A stretch of DNA of 64,000 nucleotides, from assembly GCA_046045965.1 (NCBI GenBank), contig JBJOKS010000007.1:96001-160000 (forward strand). Reading direction: 5' to 3'. The stretch comes from Cyanobacteriota bacterium. GTDB taxonomy: Bacteria; Cyanobacteriota; Cyanobacteriia; Cyanobacteriales; Nostocaceae. The notes beneath the pieces were generated by a model. It saw only the letters and a list, made by a program, of their open reading frames with translations, was not told where the DNA came from and ran no database searches. Shown here piece after piece: positions 60,812-64,000 of this stretch. The position numbers and the translations under genes are program-made. How positions within the stretch are numbered: the first letter of the stretch is position 1; each line of letters begins with the position of its first letter.

Positions 60812-61246
60812 ATGCCAAGAAAAGAACAAGGTTGGGTGACATTTCAAACATCAGAAGACGAACGAAAGATTTTAGAAGAGTTCTGTCAGCACTCTCAGCG
60901 CACTAAAACTGAGATTTTGCGGGAATTAGTTCGTAGTCTCCATAAATACTCTTCAGCAGAAAAATCACTACCAACCCCCCAGGAGAAAGCGGAAACTCAC
61001 ACTCCTGAGATGGAAATTATTAGTCAAAAAAAACCATTAAAAGTTAGTTCGCGCAATGTCTTAAAGGGTGTTGTTAAACGAGTGACTACAGGAACTGTTA
61101 ATACTGAAGTGACTTTAGAAATTGTTCACAAAGTTGAGTTAACTTCAATAATTACCAGGGTATCCGCAGAAGAATTAGAATTATTTGAAGGAACAGAAGC
61201 TTATGCTGTGATTAAATCAAATGATATTGTCATTGCTAAAGATTAG
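60812..61246 (+). CDS. RHH (CopG-like) + TOBE/Mop molybdate-binding protein
   Basis: N-terminal strand-helix-helix pattern; C-terminal SSRNVLKG..V...SIIT..S..EL....G..A.A.IKS. Confidence 0.85.
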   Translation: MPRKEQGWVTFQTSEDERKILEEFCQHSQRTKTEILRELVRSLHKYSSAEKSLPTPQEKAETHTPEMEIISQKKPLKVSSRNVLKGVVKRVTTGTVNTEVTLEIVHKVELTSIITRVSAEELELFEGTEAYAVIKSNDIVIAKD

Positions 61247-61312
61247 AGAAAGATGCAGATAAACATCCGCTCACGAAAATTCTTGAAAATGGATAAATAA
61301 GCTCATCCAAAT

Positions 61313-61363
61313 TAGTCGGTTTTAACCGACTTTAGCTATTAGACAGGGAATTGATTCCCTGGC
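61313..61363. repeat. Double-hairpin REP-like element
   Basis: agtcggttttaaccgact and cagggaattgattccctg hairpins. Confidence 0.6.
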
Positions 61364-61379
61364 TAAACTTAATGTTAGT

Positions 61380-61661
61380 CTAAGCTTCCACTTTCACACC
61401 TTTCCAAAAGCCAATATAACCTTCAATGTTTTTAGCTTTCTCTTTGGTGTTGGGATAGTACCAAGCTGCATCTTTGTTGACTTGTCCATCTACTTCGATA
61501 CTGTAGTAACTAGCAACTCCTTTCCAAAAACAGGTTGTATGAGTATCACTATCCTTAAAATACTGTTTGTTAATGGTTTCTGGAGGGAAGTAATGATTTC
61601 CTTCTACGACTACGGTTTTGTCGCTTTCGGCTAAAATAGCGCCATTCCAAGTTGCTTTCAT
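61380..61661 (-). CDS. DUF427 family protein
   Basis: MKATWNG..LAESD, EGNHYFP, T.C.WKG.ASYY, AAWYY. Confidence 0.92.
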   Translation of the reverse strand: MKATWNGAILAESDKTVVVEGNHYFPPETINKQYFKDSDTHTTCFWKGVASYYSIEVDGQVNKDAAWYYPNTKEKAKNIEGYIGFWKGVKVEA

Positions 61662-61957
61662 AGTGAGGATTGAAAAGAAAGTTAACAATTATTGTTATAC
61701 CAATATATCGGGAAATTTTCATAATTATTATAAATCATGGTGGTTTTCCTAGAGTTACCCCAACCTAATAGCTATGATTCAGATTCATTATATAAGCATA
61801 ATGCAGGATGAATCAAAGCCAGCATCTCGCCTTTTGAAGTATCCTCAACTTTAAAAAAGCTGTAAATATTTAAATCTTTAGCAAAATTAAAAAAATGCTA
61901 ATTCTTGGGTCATAGTTATTTCCTATAATTGCTCATTGGTGATAAAATCTTTATTCT

Positions 61958-62087
61958 CATCCTGTACATCCTAAAATCCTGGAAATTCTGATTCTGACAA
62001 TTTCATCTTCATCCTATATCATCCTTAAATCCTGGAAATACTGATATGGCTTGCGCCACGCTATCAGACAATTTCCCTTCATCCCTG
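61958..62087 (+). repeat. Two tandem copies of the AATCCTG-type repeat; the second carries an 18-nt insert
   Basis: aatcctggaaattctgattctgacaatttc vs aatcctggaaatactgat[atggcttgcgccacgcta]tcagacaatttc. Confidence 0.7.
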
Positions 62088-62192
62088 TTTATAATTATAA
62101 ACACTATTCCCTGTTCCTATTTCCCAACATGAGTTAAAATCCTGATATCTTCATAACTACCCATACAGGCATCACCCGCACAGCTATTTACC

Positions 62193-64000
62193 ATGCTTCA
62201 GTATCCCCACCTTGAAAAATACTTAAAACATCACTTTGGTTATGACCAATTTCGCCCCGGACAACGGCAAATTATCGAAGATGCGCTGCAAAATCGGGAT
62301 TTAATGGTAGTAATGCCTACGGGTGGAGGTAAATCTTTATGCTTTCAATTACCTGCACTTTTAAAACCAGGTCTAACTGTGGTAGTTTCACCATTGATAG
62401 CATTGATGCAAGACCAAGTGGAAGCACTGCGAACTAATAATATTTCTGCCACTTTTCTGAATAGTAGTCTCAATACTTATAAAGTTCGCTCTCGTGAAGA
62501 AGCGATTATGAATGGTAAAATTAAATTACTTTATGTTGCGCCAGAACGCCTTGTTAGTGATAGATTTTTGCCGCTTTTAGATGTAGTTAAAGAAAAAATA
62601 GGTATTGCTAATTTTGCTATTGATGAAGCTCATTGTGTTTCGGAATGGGGACATGATTTTCGTCCTGAATATCGTCAGTTAATTTTACTCAGAAAACGTT
62701 ATCCCCAAGTCCCTACTACAGCCCTCACTGCTACCGCTACAGACCGGGTGAGGGCTGATATTATTCAACAATTAGGATTAAAACAACCGAGTATTCACAT
62801 TGCCAGTTTTAACCGTCAAAATCTTTATTATGAAGTGCGTCCTAAAAGCAGTCGCTCTTATGCTGAAATATTAGAAATAGTTAGAGAAAATGAAGGTTCA
62901 GGAATTATTTATTGTTTAACTAGAAAAAAGGTTGATGAACTAACTTTTAAATTGCAAAAAGATAAAGTTGCTGCTTTACCTTATCATGCAGGACTAAGTG
63001 ATGATGAAAGATCCAAAAATCAAACTCGATTTATTCGGGATGATGTGCGAATAATGGTAGCGACTATTGCTTTTGGTATGGGTATTAATAAGCCAGATGT
63101 GCGGTTTGTAATTCATTCAGATTTACCTCGAAATTTAGAAAGTTATTATCAAGAATCAGGTCGTGCTGGTAGGGATGATGAACCTTCACGATGTACTTTA
63201 TTTTTTAGTTTTGGTGATGTGAAAACTATTGAGTGGAGTATTAATCAAAAAACCGATCCGCAAGAACAATTAATAGCTAAACAGCAACTACGTCAAGTCA
63301 TAGATTATGCTGAAGGAACAGACTGTAGACGCACAATTCAATTAGGTTATTTTGGGGAAAGATTTCCTGGGAATTGTGGAAATTGTGATAATTGTCGTTA
63401 TCCCAAACCTGTGCAAGATTGGACAATTGAAGCGATGAAGTTTTTATCTTGTGTGGCCAGGTGTAAAGAAAGATATGGAATGTTGTATATTATTGATGTG
63501 TTGCGAGGTGGGAAAAATCAAAAAATTATTCTCAATAAACATGATCAATTATCCACTTATGGAATAGGTAAAGATAGAACATTAGATGAATGGCGAATGT
63601 TAGGAAGATCGCTCTTACATCAAGGTTTATTAGAACAAAGTAATGATGGTTACTCAGTTTTAAAACTTAATGCTTTGAGTTGGGAAGTAATGCGAAAACA
63701 GCGTAACGTTTCTATTGCTGTTCCTGTTGCTCAAAAAATTACTGTAGAAGATGGAAATGCTAAAGCTGCGGAAGTAGAAGTTCTCATGCAAAAATTGCGA
63801 TCGCTCCGTAAACAACTAGCTGATGAACAAGCTGTTCCCCCTTATGTCATATTTCATGATTCTACCCTAAAATTAATGGCGCAAGTACAACCAAAAACCT
63901 TACATGAATTTGGTGAACTTTCTGGCGTAGGTAGTCACAAATTAGCCCAATACGGTGATAGATTCTTAGCAGAAATTCAAGCCTATTGTCAACAACAATC
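62193..64000 (+). CDS. recQ: ATP-dependent DNA helicase RecQ (runs off the window end)
   Basis: Manual translation: FGYDQFRPGQ, MPTGGGKSLCFQLPA, DEAHCVSEWGHDFRPEY, LTATA, QESGRAGRD, Zn-binding Cys cluster, HRDC (VPPYVIF). Confidence 0.96.
   Translation, partial: MLQYPHLEKYLKHHFGYDQFRPGQRQIIEDALQNRDLMVVMPTGGGKSLCFQLPALLKPGLTVVVSPLIALMQDQVEALRTNNISATFLNSSLNTYKVRSREEAIMNGKIKLLYVAPERLVSDRFLPLLDVVKEKIGIANFAIDEAHCVSEWGHDFRPEYRQLILLRKRYPQVPTTALTATATDRVRADIIQQLGLKQPSIHIASFNRQNLYYEVRPKSSRSYAEILEIVRENEGSGIIYCLTRKKVDELTFKLQKDKVAALPYHAGLSDDERSKNQTRFIRDDVRIMVATIAFGMGINKPDVRFVIHSDLPRNLESYYQESGRAGRDDEPSRCTLFFSFGDVKTIEWSINQKTDPQEQLIAKQQLRQVIDYAEGTDCRRTIQLGYFGERFPGNCGNCDNCRYPKPVQDWTIEAMKFLSCVARCKERYGMLYIIDVLRGGKNQKIILNKHDQLSTYGIGKDRTLDEWRMLGRSLLHQGLLEQSNDGYSVLKLNALSWEVMRKQRNVSIAVPVAQKITVEDGNAKAAEVEVLMQKLRSLRKQLADEQAVPPYVIFHDSTLKLMAQVQPKTLHEFGELSGVGSHKLAQYGDRFLAEIQAYCQQQ

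Noticed and set aside
61700..61913. Possible decayed minus-strand gene starting MTQELAFF
   Set aside because: Multiple stops and frameshifts and no recognisable family; cannot be supported.

Overview
AT-rich chromosomal segment of a heterocyst-forming cyanobacterium (Nostocales; Anabaena/Dolichospermum/Sphaerospermopsis-like). This is inferred from frequent HIP1 octamers (GCGATCGC), heptameric STRR tandem repeats and gene content. Most genes are housekeeping: dapL, yebC, tatC, slt, a ubiH-like hydroxylase, tRNA-Arg(CCG), trmFO, yqhD, hrcA, cysE, an rbp gene, and recQ running off the right edge. Points of note: (i) a class II ribonucleotide reductase (nrdJ) with three LAGLIDADG inteins, two of them immediately before catalytic cysteines; (ii) an AT-rich two-gene module of an ABC-type ATPase and a putative PD-(D/E)xK nuclease, a candidate unnamed defence system; (iii) an Rpn-family gene with a strong internal Shine-Dalgarno site suggesting a nested antitoxin; (iv) an extended Cph2-like photoreceptor/c-di-GMP enzyme; (v) a GT2-TVP38-TVP38-flavin disulfide reductase cluster; (vi) a 123-bp structured direct repeat bracketing a DUF3598 gene; (vii) a MITE with 18-bp TIRs and a 10-bp TSD beside the tRNA; (viii) several gene scars (BON-like, xisH, Uma2/ATPase, L,D-transpeptidase). 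All family calls come from motif recognition by eye; no searches were run.
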